64,000 bases of DNA from Vezdaea acicularis. Its lineage: Eukaryota. The stretch covers positions 1 through 64,000 of the forward strand of contig JAPEUI010000008.1 in assembly GCA_026025075.1 (NCBI GenBank), read 5' to 3'. The notes under the pieces were generated by a model. It was not told the DNA's origin. It did not search any database and worked only from the letters and a program-made list of their open reading frames with translations. Positions 24,077 through 36,673 of this stretch are shown piece after piece (position 1 is the stretch's first letter; each line of letters opens with the position of its first letter). The position numbers were made by a program, and so were the translations under genes.

Positions 24077-25196
24077 TCAACCGTGAGAAGTAGCCACACA
24101 CATAGGGTGGGCAACGGCCTCGGCACAGGAGAAAGTTGGGTATATTTGCTCGGTGTAGTTGTCTGGTTCGGCAACGCAAGAGTACCTGAAGATGACCCGG
24201 CAGCGTCGACAGCGGGTGCGAGGCGTCATTTCGGGGATGGCGTAGGACATGGCTCGATCATTGAGATGATTATAAGTAATCGGAGGCCCCAAGGCTGGGG
24301 GTAGAGCTGCAATTCGGGTCCATTCTGCCTGCAAGCGGCCATCGGCGCCGGCATACAATCCATTACGATAGGCCACTCCAAGGGGCCGTACGTCGCGTGC
24401 AAGTCGGTTGGTCAAACTGGTCAACTGAGTCCGATATATATCTGTCATGCGAGAGTTTTGTCGTGCGTCTTTTGCCCATTGGTCAAGATCCGTAAATGCA
24501 CCCCATTTGCTGTCCGACATTGGTGCAATCCACCTGTTGTTGGCAGTAGGAGGACGAACGGCCTGACCTTGGCAGAGAAACACACACTTTGCTATCCCAA
24601 TATTGGCCCAACGTACGCGGCCAGCTTGACGGAAAAAGGCATTGTTGAGTGCAGCAATAGCATTGGCTATCAAGAGATGTTAGAGCTTGCAATCAGAAGA
24701 TAGTAAGAGAAGTGATGAATGGTTTACCATGTGTGGCTGGGTTCCGGACCCTCAAGATCGTTTGAAACAGTAGTTCCAGGGGCGCTTGAGCAGCAATATT
24801 GGGAATTCCGGGATTACCAGCCCTCCATCCTGACCAGATATTGCTGCGGTGAGGAATCAAGGGAACGTAACCAGCTTGGTTGGCCATTGCTTGGGCAATT
24901 TGCCCGAGTTGGTTGATCTTGTTCATAAATAGTCTTTTAGCTTGAGCGCCTTGAAGGCCCCAATTGCATAGTTCCGCGACGCCTCGGAAGGCGTCTGAGA
25001 CGAGCCATAAGATCACATTAATCAGGTCCTTTGAAGACTGCTGGACTAGTAGACGGTCCACATCACCGCGTTTGAGTGTTCTTAGCATCACAATGGCCAC
25101 ATCTATAAACTTTTCAGTCACCTTGACTGCCCGGTGTGTCGGCACATTGTTGTTGAAAAATTGGGCCGAGTGCAAGGGACGATTCGGATCTGCCAT
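24077..25196 (-). CDS. Module gene A2: unknown ~352-aa protein with C-terminal PRTRCRRCRVI...FSCAE (putative permuted zinc-deaminase-like domain)
   Basis: ORFs 24693-25196 and 24077-24673 join in frame via intron 24667-24727 (gtaaac...ctaac...tag). Motifs PLELLFQ, GIAKCVFLCQ, RCRRCRVI and CAE parallel A1. Confidence 0.78.
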
Positions 25197-26707
25197 GATG
25201 CGCGTGATAGTGATAGTAGTGGAAGTGAGATTGAATAAATTTCTAATTCAATTCCTTATCAGATGAACGCTTTGTATTCCTTATCCACGAGCTTACCGTT
25301 TAGATTCTTACGACTTTGTGCTACTTTGGAGGCCTGGCTGAGATTCTCTGGATTAGGATCAGACTGGTCTTGCGTATGTTATATCTCTTAATAGCAATGA
25401 CTTATCTGAAAGGGTGATTAAAAAACTTCTTCCGTGTCGTAGATCTTTATAGTTTTGCGGACGTGGCACCGAGTAGCCAAGAGCTTTCTGTTCAAGATAA
25501 TGCTCCCCTAAGAAATACTTCCATCTCACTCGCCGGAGCATACAACACCCCAGTCTCAATGCACACGATTGTTTCAGCTGAGGCTTGAAGGCTCCCTTCG
25601 ATCCACTTACAGTTCTCCGATGCGCAGTCCTGGAGGGTTGCAACTGGCTTCCATGATTACTTCTGTCAAGGCAGTCATGTCAGCTGAAAAATAAGAGAAG
25701 CTGATGATAGCTGTTGCATGTGCAGCTGGTACACAATATGAAGAGATCAATAATGAAAGGTTACTTCTTCTAGAAGAAGCTGCCTCGACTTAACCAATGG
25801 ATTGCTGCTGAAAACGCCAGCGAGAGATACCAAACTTCACACCCGCGCGTGACGAGGGCCATTGTTCTTCAAAGGGAGTTAATGGGAGCATCCATACAGT
25901 TGTGGCTTCATGTAGGGTAGTATCTGCTTCCACTTGAATGAAACCGTAATGGTCTCGGATGAATGGAAGGCCTCTTCAAGATTGAAGCCTCATTCATTAA
26001 ATCAGCCAATCCCTTCCCGCATAGAAGTGAACTTGTTGTTTTTTCAGCTGATCCATGGCCTACGTAGATTCCTGCAAGGTAACGTTGATATAAACATGAG
26101 GGAAAGCGGCTTGCGTCTCGTATTCCATGTGCATCAAAACGCGGGGCAGCGGCCGGTTTCAACCTGCTTCCAAGAGTCCATCTCCAATCGAATCCTGACC
26201 AACCATTCTATTTGGGCTTGTGTACAATTATGACCGTTCCGGTGTCACCGCTAGTTACCTTGATTGTAGGTACTGCCATGATCCATTTTGCTACTAGATG
26301 CGGTCGGTGTGCCACTTTATCTCGAGGTCGGTGAAGCCATTTGTTGCAATGTTCAGGGTTACATCCGGACCTCGATGCCCCAAGGTTCCGACGCCACACA
26401 CGCTCAAGGGAGGGATTGGTCTTGCTCCTTATTGGATATTTTCTTTGGGGCATGAGCTGGACCCGGGAAGTGTGCAAGCGTTTTGGGACAGATGCTTGAT
26501 CCCTAGAAGTTCGAAGACGCAGCTCGAATTTTGAAAGTGGCAGGCTTTCACGGGTCCTAAAGCGTCCGTTTGGAATGCTGCCGCCTTTTCCTATATAACC
26601 GGAGTCCTCAGATTTCTCCTCACAAGATGCTTAAAATTGCGCATAGATATTCGACATCTCATCATAGTATCTAACCTACCTTGCGAGAACAGAAACCGTA
26701 ATTCAAG

Positions 26708-27709
26708 ATGGGTCAACCGGCCTCCCCGGACAATATCACTGCAGAAATGGAAAACAAGTTTCGCGGTATTCAGGGAAAAATAAGCACGTTAACCGGTAAG
26801 CATAAGGGCGCCGCTCCCTTTCCCCTTTTCCCTTCCCCAGCAACACCAAACACTTGTGCTCATCATCTTCCAGATGAGGACATCCAGCTAGAACTCGACC
26901 GACCCCCTAAGACTGACACGGACACATTTTACATGTGGCTGGTTGATGCTGAAGGCGAGAGGTTGGAGAAGGAGGTGTTTCGCGAACCGCCCACCCTTGC
27001 CGAGTCATCGGCCAGCATTAAAGGAACCGATTTCAAAGATCCCTCTTCCATTCTGAACCTGTACTCCAATACGCAAGGCTTCGGCGTACCGTTGCCATTG
27101 CGTATTGGGAAGTACAGCGCCGACAGGGAATACCACTGCTCAGTTGATTTCGAGTCCAGCCTTCTTCCGATTGATTTCCCGTCCGATACGCAGAAGGTTG
27201 ACACCGGCCTCACGTACCTGAAATCTGAACCGCCCAATCCGGCTCTCCCAACCTTTGTCTATCAGCTAGGCCGCCTCTTGCACGCAGAAACACCCACAGC
27301 CGAGGAGACCAAGTTGGAAGACTCGTGCTTTGTGTTTGCCATCGATGTCGATCGGACTGCTTGGGCAATCTGGAATCCAGCCAGCGTCGAGGGAACTTGG
27401 GAAGAAGAGCCAAAGCCCGTCCGCCCAATCAACGGGGTCTTCCCCGGATTTGAGAAGAATCCCTGTGCCGCCGTCCCGCTTGGAACCGTCAATGAGCTTC
27501 TTCCCGTCGGTGACGGATCATCGTCAAAAGTCATCCAGATTGACCCCAAGACCTTCGTGGAGGCTAAAGAAAAATCTACTCTGAAATTTGGTGAAGTAAC
27601 TGAAGCCGCTTGGGCGACGCTCAGTAAGGTTTCAACCAAATTCAGCAATGCTGCCGGCCTCATCAATCCAGCAACGACAGCAGCGTTGCAGGTACCCAAA
27701 GCGAAATGA
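26708..27709 (+). CDS. Module gene B2: unknown ~307-333-aa protein, divergently transcribed partner of A2
   Basis: 333-codon ORF with upstream TATATAA (~26592) and a probable in-frame intron at 26796-26873. VPLPLRIG, FPSDTQKVDTGLT, LGRLLH and LEDSCFVFAIDVDRTAWAIWN align with B1. Confidence 0.78.
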   Translation: MGQPASPDNITAEMENKFRGIQGKISTLTGKHKGAAPFPLFPSPATPNTCAHHLPDEDIQLELDRPPKTDTDTFYMWLVDAEGERLEKEVFREPPTLAESSASIKGTDFKDPSSILNLYSNTQGFGVPLPLRIGKYSADREYHCSVDFESSLLPIDFPSDTQKVDTGLTYLKSEPPNPALPTFVYQLGRLLHAETPTAEETKLEDSCFVFAIDVDRTAWAIWNPASVEGTWEEEPKPVRPINGVFPGFEKNPCAAVPLGTVNELLPVGDGSSSKVIQIDPKTFVEAKEKSTLKFGEVTEAAWATLSKVSTKFSNAAGLINPATTAALQVPKAK

Positions 27710-28011
27710 TCATCCGGCACCAGACAATTATGAGGTAGGTAGGGCTTGAGCCTAGGTGTCTAGAGTAGGTGGAGGAAGTCTTGCTTGGAGTGAGATCGGT
27801 CTTTGTGTCAAGGGAAAGGGGCTTGGAAGGTTACAGTAAATTGAAGTCTGCGGAATGCTTGACGGGGAAAGGGTATCTCTCAGATAGTTGTCAAATTGAT
27901 TCGATCAGCTTTCCCAATCGTTAAACTAATCTTTTTGTCTCTAACGTCTGAAGCCTCGTACAGCAACGATAAGAAATCAGTCTTCGTGATCACATTGTAG
28001 TTCAGGCTGCA

Positions 28012-28094
28012 CGGGACTGCTGAAAGTAACGCATGCCGATGGGTACTCATGTCCACCATTCGCTTATGCGCCATCAATTTTGTTCCCCACTTCG
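28012..28094. repeat. 83-bp inverted copy of 23598-23680
   Basis: Ungapped alignment to the reverse complement of 23598-23680; manual count about 65/83 identities. Confidence 0.8.
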
Positions 28095-28683
28095 CACCGT
28101 GCCGTGCGTGCCTAGTTTGGCCTTGGGAGTTGCCCGAACGGCACTAAGAATTTTTCCGCTCAGCCCGCGGCGCTTTCCGGTGCTTAGCGGAAAGTATATC
28201 GGTCTGCACACCACTAGAATTGAGCCAGTGCCCGTCAGGCTTCTTCATGAAGACTTCAGTGTGATGATTATGAAATCGTTCCAAATCTGTTGACAGTATC
28301 AGAAGTCAGAAGAGCATGCGATGTAGGTTCCTCTGCCAAGACGGAAATCTACTATAGTGCTTTCCCATTTTCCTATATGGCAGGTATCACGTGATGCATG
28401 TTTGGCACAGACCGCCCCTGCAGGCTAAGTCGCGGATTGAACAGATTTGTGAGAGCATTTTAACTGATAATTTCAAAAACGCGGAAAGAAATTTGCCATA
28501 AAAATAATCCAACGTGCTCTTTGACATAAAAATCTTCAGTCTAATATAGAGACACTATTGTATTGAAAATCGTTCACCAAGCTATATGCGTATGATGATG
28601 TAGGTGGAGGCGGCTGTTGTAATAAGGTACTTACGCCAAATTGCAGTAGGGTTGGTAAGGCGCTCACAATCTGAAGACGGTTT

Positions 28684-30441
28684 TTAGCCGAGCCAACCCT
28701 TGAGCTTAGACCAAGTACTACTAACTCCAGACCACACGTAATCTACGACAGACTTCCCAGCCTTTTCTGCCATCATGCGAACCTCTTGAAGCTGCTGTTT
28801 GAGATCTTTCATTTCAGCTTCGCGAGAAAGCTCGAGTGCTTTTGCATCTGCCTCGGCTTTATGAAGCTTAGCTTCAAGCTCTTTTTGCTGATCTTCATTA
28901 ATCTTCCTCATGATCTCACTATGAGTTCGATCTTTCTCTGCAAGCTTGTCTTCAAGCTCCCTTCTCCATTTTGCTTCCAGTAACAAAATTTCTTGGTTAA
29001 TAGCTGCTCCTGCAGCGGTCTGCACAAGAGACTTTTTCTCATCCACAATCTCTCTTTGAATTTCGAGAACAATCTCTGGATTGCCAAGAGCGTGGCTCAA
29101 TACGCGCAATGCTGAGTCTTGAGTGTTGTTATGGCGTTCCATTTTTGCTCCATATTGAAGAGGCACTTTCCAAAAGTCTTCACGAAGCTCTTTCTCTCTC
29201 TCTCTTCCAATTTCCTCGTCCTGGAGGGCATCCCATTTGGTTGTTACGAGAACAACGTTGGCTAGCGCGTCGGTACCGCATAGTTTGAGCATCATATCAA
29301 GATTCTTAACCGCAGAGCCTTTCATTCTAGCTTCTGTAATCTCACGTAGGTATATAATACCAGTGAGTTTCACCCCTAAAGTATAACTTGACTATATGTC
29401 AGTATGATAATCACAAGAATGACGACAGAATCCTTACTTAAACTCCATCCAGTTAGCAATTCGTCTGAGTACCTCCGTGTCACTGAGATTTGTATCATCA
29501 AAACCTGGTGTATCGACTAATTTGATGATGTGAGACTTGTAGTGAAAATCGGTCTCATCGACATCTGCAGTGCATGATCTAGAGCCATGTCCAACATTCA
29601 TGACTCGAGAACCGCTGACACAGTTGATAAACTATCACTGAAGATTATCTCATGCCCGGACAACAATCCTGGGAATTGTCTTACACTGCTTTTTCCAGCG
29701 CCCGTTGGCCCCATAATGCTAAACTCGATGTTAGCATAGATTTTGAGAGAGTTCTATACAATCTTGCAATTACTAACCCAATAAGGTTCCTATATACTGG
29801 AGGCGCCTCAACGGGAGGAGGGACCCTTGTGCGGGCTGGCTTACGACGAAGAGTGCTCGTACCGTAACATTGGGGTTGCGTGCGGCGATCTCGAGGCATC
29901 TCTCGCGCAGGGTTAATTGATTTGGTCCTCCCATCGTCTATTGAAGTGTTAGATTTGGTAAGTTGAAGTGAGAATCGGATACGTTGCCACCGTCATGCCA
30001 CGCTGGTAAATCCTCTACTCTCAGATCTTCGAACTCCTCCTCAACATAGCGGGAAGGGCGTTTGCCGGATTCTTCGGAAACCTTAAAATTTTCCTCTCGT
30101 TTATGAGTATTAAGTATTTCAAATGACAAATCATCAGCATAATCCATGTCACTGTTTGTTTTCCGGAGATTATTTCGAGCTTTTGAGGGATCAAAACTCA
30201 ATGCAGCTAAGTCGACCTCTACTGCATCCTCGTCGTCGTTTGAATCGGCCAACTCAGTGTTGCCTCTAGAGATTCGACTACTAGAAACTGGTGAGATCTC
30301 TTCCTTATCTGAGGGCTCCGCGACTCTATCAGGATGATGGCTAGTTCGGCGACGCATGAATAATGGATTAGATTGCATTTCGTCCAGAAGTTCAGGCGGA
30401 GGGGAGGATGGAGAAGTAGCGGAATCTTTGTAGGCAGTCAT
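28684..30441 (-). CDS. Fungal P-loop GTPase (G-domain / MMR_HSR1-AIG1-like) with disordered N-terminus and C-terminal coiled coil; several introns
   Basis: Spliced minus strand gives IMGPTGAGKS (G1, ~29687-29717), VGHGSRSCT (G2), LVDTPGFDDT (G3), GIIYL and VVLVTTKWD (G4). Linkage of the 5' exon (29938-30447 ORF) is less certain. Confidence 0.82.
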
Positions 30442-31990
30442 AGTCACAACAACGTCAAAGATTTAACCTTATGCCTTCAACAGTTTGCGTGAGATAGGGC
30501 GTCCTCAATTTAAGGAAAAGCTGGTGTTTATGATTGAGGGTGAAATGTGGGCTCTTAGTCTAATGGGTTCTCAGCCTTGTCGATTCTCAGCCTCGTGGGT
30601 TTTCAGCCTCATCGGTTCTCAGTCTTGTAAACCATCCAATGATGATTCCGGACCGGATGCTCTCTTCATATTGGCATGCTCTATCTAATTTCATTAGATA
30701 ATTTGACTGGGCCAGATCAGGCAGTGCAAGATACCGGGGCAATCCCGCAATGGAAGTAGGCCGGAGTCACTTGGAGTCGACCAACAGGATCTTATCAACG
30801 AAGCCACAGCGGGTTGGCCTCTGAAAGATTGCTTGTTGCAGACCATTGCAACATCAACCTTGCATGCCAACCAAAACCAGCTCACCTAGAAATGAGGCGC
30901 ATTAATCGGTTGGGTGATAGCTAATGCCACTACAAAATATTCTATTACATGACAGTAGACGGTTTTTTGCCCTCAGTAGGTAACGATTGACCAACCAGGC
31001 TGATCAGCTTCATCCGGGTGCTGCAGCCACCTTCACAATTCAGCCTGACCTCTCAAACTAACCAATCGTTTTGCTTTGCGTACCTACACGACTCTTAGCA
31101 CAATGCAGAGGAGCTGGCACGCGCAGTATGAGAGAATGAATGGGAGCCGAATAAACAGAGGAAATACTTTGAGACCTTTATCCGTTCTCTTATCTATAGC
31201 GTCAACTCTTCTCGTTCCTTTCATTAAATTGTATGCACAGTGAAGCAGTCTCGTAGTTCGGCGTACGCAGCTACTCCGTAAGCATTCAGGATCGAGATAC
31301 TAGGGCGGCAGGTCGACTCCAAATCGGAATAACAACGGGAGCAGTGCTCGAGGCAAGCTTTCCCATTCCTCCCGTAGGGTCACCACCACCACCTGACAGT
31401 CTGATAGAAACCGCTTTCAGGTATGGCATATACTTGGTACAGGGGGGGGTTACATTCGCAAAATTGTGCCTCTTACATTTATCATGTCCTAGGCACTGCG
31501 ATCAACGACTCCATTCATAAGAAACCTAGCTCACTGGTTACCTGGGGAGGTCTTCAATAGATCAGTTCAACAATAGCCTCATCGAGTGCATGCGGTTCTT
31601 GATTCCTGGGTGTTATACCATATATGTACAACACTTACGAACCCCCACTGTAAGAAGTGGGATGAGCAGTAAAGAAAACCTCAAAATCTGCTAGCCTAGC
31701 GCACCACAGCAGATTTTCACCGCCCATCTTTTGGCGTATATCCGAATTCTGGTTTCGAATCAAGATACGGGAGACAGCGGCTGGCTGATCGCTTGCAGGG
31801 ATCTGCGATTTTGGAACTGTGTATCTCGGGAAATGTTCCCTGTAGTGACTCGAAAAAGATTACCCTTCCCGCCCCTCGACTCAAAATCTTCATCCTGCCC
31901 AGTGCGTATGCGGTAGCCGTCATAGAGAGATTTGAGAAACCTGACCGCTGGGTGGATGGAGATATCTCCGAGAAGCACTGAGCACGTTTG

Positions 31991-32303
31991 AAGCGGTTGA
32001 CGAAATCGATGGCGCATAAGCGAGCGATGGGCATTTTTACCCATCGGTGTATTTGTATGGGAATCCATGGTAATTATTGTTAGTATGAGCTCAATAGCAC
32101 TGCCCCGGGTTTAGCCTGCGGCTTGGCAGAGCCGTTTTATGCCTTCGAGTTTGTAGCGTTTAGCTATGGGGGAACTCCCGTTTTGTGCCTTCAATTAAGT
32201 AGCGTTTGGCTACGGGGGAACTCCCGCTTTGTGCCTTCGATCAACTAGCGTTTAGCTACGGGGGAACTCCCGTTTAATGCGCCATCAATTTTGTCCACAG
32301 CTT
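31991..32303. repeat. Inverted-repeat-bounded unit with three tandem 46-bp repeats, upstream of the intact patatin NLR
   Basis: aagcggttgacgaaatcgatggcgcat ... atgcgccatcaattttgtccacagctt; units at about 32140, 32186 and 32232. Confidence 0.85.
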
Positions 32304-32610
32304 TGAGTATACGTTAGGTCTCGCTCGTTGCATAACGAGGTTGCGTAAGGGAATGTTGGTATTAAGGCTGAAAACGCTACTCAAAACCAGACCGTCTTCA
32401 TTGGTCAGTATAAATGGACCCGTGTCCTGCAGTGGCAGCCTTGTAGAGGCACCATTAACATCGTTTCTGAGGATCACGCAATGTCGGTAACGCCAGTTCA
32501 ACAGAGCTTTCTGCCTCAAGACATCATTTTGGCTCCATTTAGGTCTTGCACTAAGTACAGGAATGCGACCCTCGCCACTTTTATAGGGGGAAATTCTGCC
32601 ATTCTTCAAG

Positions 32611-35600
32611 ATGCCTGGCAAAGATCTTTGTCTCTTGTCCCTTGACGGGGGCGGGGTGCGAGGATTGTCGTCACTTGCAATCCTTAAGAGACTTATGGAG
32701 ACTATTAATCCGGAAGCACCACCAAAGCCTTGCGAATATTTTGATATGATCGGGGGAACAAGTACTGGTGGATTGATGGCTATAATGCTAGGTCGTCTGG
32801 AGATGGACATTGACAAATGCATCGAAGCCTACGTGGCGCTGTTCGATCGAGTTTTCAAGAAGATACGGCACCGCGTTAAGTTGAATGGGCAAGTGCAAGG
32901 TCGTTTTGATACAGAGGAGCTAGAAAGGGCGATTAAAGAAATAGTAGGGAAGAGGGACCAAGCGGGCCAAGAGGCACTTCTGAAATATTCAGAAAATCAA
33001 AAGTGCAAGGTGTAGGTTTTCTGGAGACTGAATTTGCAAATACACCAGTAATGATGCTGACAACACCAAGTTTTGTATGTGCCATGAGCAAGGAAACGGC
33101 AGACACAGTACTTTTCACATCGTATCCATCTCGTGGATCATCCGACATGTACAACAAGACTCAAATCTGGGAAGCAGCTCGAGCTACATCTGCAGCATCA
33201 TCTTTCTTTGATCCTATCAAGATTGGTTTATTCGAAGAAGAGTTTGTGGATGGCGCCGTTGGAGTCAACAATCCAGTGGCACAGCTTTGGAACGAGGCCA
33301 AATTTATTTGGTCAGATGAGCCTCTGGAGGGCAACATCAAGTGCCTGGTTTCTATCGGTACCGGTGTTCCATCGCTAACTCCTTATGGATCAAGTCTTCT
33401 TGAAATTGCGGAAACCCTCAAACAGATTGCCACGGAGACAGAAAAGACTGCAGAATCCTTTCACCGAACGCATTCGGACCTTGACGACGGTAACCGCTAT
33501 TTTCGATTCAATGTTCAGCACGGACTTGAGAGCATTGGCTTGGAAGATGCAGCGCAGAAGAATAGGATCATGGCTGCCACGAGTCGTTATGTGGCCTTAG
33601 AAAGTGTCATGAGGCAGATGAAGCTTTGCGGAAACAATCTGGCTACAAGAGAATGTGGGTCAATTTTTGCTTGATATTTATCATCTTGTTAAATTTTTAA
33701 ATAGATAACGGACCTTACAAAATACCCTTTAGCATGAAAGGCTTGCCAATTGTGTCTAGATTCGTAGCTCGTGACGAAGAGCTAGACCATATTAAATTAT
33801 GCTTGATGCCTAAACCAACCCGCAATACGCGCCGCAAGATATATGTCTTACATGGACTTGGAGGTATAGGGAAAACCCAGCTGGCTGTTGAGTATGCTCG
33901 ACAACAACAGAAGATCTACAGCTCCATCTTTTGGCTCAACGGCAGCAGTAGGGACGAGGTTAGACAAAGCTTTGCAGAAATTGCACGACAGCTACCACGC
34001 GGCCAAATCCCAGACTCTAGCAGAATTACGACCAAGGTGTCAGGCGAAAAGCTTGATGCAATAATCAACAACGTGCTCGATTGGTTCAATATATCTACAA
34101 ACGATCGGTGGCTTCTCATATTTGACAATGTTGATCGAGATCACTCCACTGAGATAGGCGATCCTCTCGCGTTTAATTTTGAAGACTATTTTCCAGGCGC
34201 CGATCATGGTTCCATCTTGATTACAAGTCGACTGCGTCAGTTAGGGCAGTATGGCACAGCTTCAAAAAAATTGACGAGAATGAATGCACAGCAAGGGAAA
34301 GAAGTCTTGGAGCAAAGGATAGGAAGATCGCTTGAAGGTGATGAACATGAAAAACTCATTGTAAGTCGATATGCTGACAACGGAAGGCCTTGAGAAGATT
34401 GTTGAGCTTGTTGGCGGTCTACCTCTTGCACTAGCCCATGCTGGGTCATTCATGCAAGCAACAACTACGAAAGTTGACAAATACATTGAATTCTATCAAG
34501 AATGGGATACGATCTTCAACTGCAGGAGTGCCTTATTAAGAGACTATCCCAATCGCAGCATCTTGACTACGTGGACTCTGTCATATAGTCATGTCGAAAG
34601 CAAGGACTCAGATGCTGCAAAGATGCTTGATCTTTTTGCACATCTTAACCATTCAGATATTTGGTATGAGCTCTTTCCACATGCTCTTGAGGATGAGATT
34701 ATTTCAAAGGAGATGACGCTTGATTGGTTTCGACAATGCGTCAGCAAGGAGATCAATTTCACCCAGAAGATACAAACGCTCCTAGATTATTCCTTAATAG
34801 AGACACGACTGGACACTTTCTCATATACAGTACATCCGGTTGTACATGAGTGGTGCTTCCGTTCAAACACCAAAAACGATGACGAGATCGTTCCTTTAGC
34901 AATCATTACAGTCGGCTTAGCTTGCTCTTCAATCGATACCTCGACTGATTGGCTATATCGAGAACGCCTGGTTCAGCACTGTGATGAGATTTGCTTTTGG
35001 ACTGAAAATAAAATTGAGAACTTGCAAAGTCTTAAGCATTGGATGCATTCTCTAAATAGTTCTTATCATAGCGTCGCATACTTTTTGTTTGATCAAGGCA
35101 AGCTACGGGAGGCTGAGGCCATGTACCAGCGAGCATTGAAGGGGTATGAGAAGGCCTGCGGTCCAGATCACACATCCACGCTCGACACAGTCAATAACCT
35201 AGGCAGCCTGTACAATGCTCAAGGCAAGCTGGTGGAGGCTGAAACCATGTACCAGCGAGCATTGAAGGGATACGAGAAGGCCTGGGATTCAGATCACACA
35301 TCCACGCTCGACACAGTCAACAACCTAGGCGCTCTGTACGAGGCTCAAGGTAGGCTGGTGGAGGCTAAGGCCATGTACCAGCGAGCATTGAAGGGGAAGG
35401 AGAAGGCCTGCGGTCCAGATCACACATCCACGCTCTCCACGGTCAACAACCTAGGCATTCTGTACAAGGTTCAGGGCAAGCTGGCGGAGGCTGAAGCCAT
35501 GTACCGGCGAGCATTGAAGGGGAAGGAGAAGGCCTGGGGTCCAGATCACACATCCACGCTCGACACAGTCAACAACCTAGGCATTCTGTACAAGGCTCAA

Positions 35601-36398
35601 GGCAAGCTGGTGGAGGCTAAGGCCATGTACCAGCGAGCATTGAAGGGATACGAGAAGGCCTGGGGTCCAGATCACACATCTACGCTCGACACAGTCAACA
35701 ATCTAGGCGCTCTGTACGAGGCTCAAGGTAGTCTGGTGGAGGCTAAGGCCATGTACCAGCGAGCATTGAAGGGGAAGGAGAAGGCCTGGGGTCCAGATCA
35801 CACATCCACGCTCAACACAGTCAACAATCTAGGCGGCCTGTACAAAGCTCAAGGCAAGCTGATGGATGCTGAAACCATGTACCGGCGAGCATTGAAGGGG
35901 TACGAGAAGGCCTGGGGTCCAGATCACACATCCACGCTCAACACAGTCAACAACCTAGGCAGCCTGTACAAGGCACAAGGCAAGCTGACGAAGGCTGAAA
36001 TCATGTACCAGCGAGCATTGAAGGGGAAGGAGAAGGCCTGGGGTCCAGATCACACATCCACGCTCGACACAGTCAACAACCTAGGCAACCTGTACAAGGC
36101 TCAAGGCAAGCTGGCGAAGGCTGAGGCCATGTACCAGCGAGCATTGAAGGGGTATGAGAAGGCCTGGGGTCAAGATCACACATCCACGCTCTCCACGGTC
36201 AACAACCTAGGCGCTCTGTACGAGGCTCAAGGCAAACTGGCGGAGGCTGAGGCCATGTACCAGCGAGCATTGATGGGTTACGCAGATGCCCGAGGTCTTG
36301 CACATCCGACAACAGAGTTAATTAATAGAAATCTGCAAGAATTACAGGAGAAAAAGAAAGGGCGAAAGCGAGATATTATCCACAAACTTCTCTTCTAA
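32611..36398 (+). CDS. NLR-like protein: patatin-like phospholipase - NB-ARC - TPR (PLP-1/vic2-type architecture); 3 introns
   Basis: DGGGVRG, GTSTG, ARATSAA and FVDGA patatin motifs; GLGGIGKT, WLLIFDNVD, ILITSR and GLPLAL; nine NNLG-type 42-aa TPR units. Introns at about 33012-33070, 33658-33704 and 34338-34387. Confidence 0.93.
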
Positions 36399-36673
36399 CG
36401 AAGTTAAGCAATGGCTGAGTTTGTGAGAGATGGGGTTTATGAGCCCAAATTATGTTTAATTAAGATAATTCACGAATGAGGGAATTGATGATAAGCAAGG
36501 CTTTTTGTGTGGAGCTTCCGCACCACGCTAATCTAATGAAATCTTATGACGCCCAATCTCGCATTTCAGTCTTTTGGGAAGGCCTTCTATCGATTCCAAG
36601 CTTCATATCCAATTGCTGAACCAATTCAGGGTTGCCCGAAGCTATGGCAGCCGTGACGACTTATGACGCGAAG

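Noticed and set aside
25200..26700. Additional gene between A2 and B2
   Set aside because: Only short ORFs, with no recognisable motif or consistent splice structure.
31717..32068. Small minus-strand ORFs overlapping the dispersed motif (also 17898-18161, 23395-23697, 28033-28293), sharing an RLCAI(N/D)FV-like reading
   Set aside because: Frames and lengths are not conserved between copies, and the motif also occurs inverted and in tandem, so I treat it as non-coding. A remote coding origin cannot be excluded.
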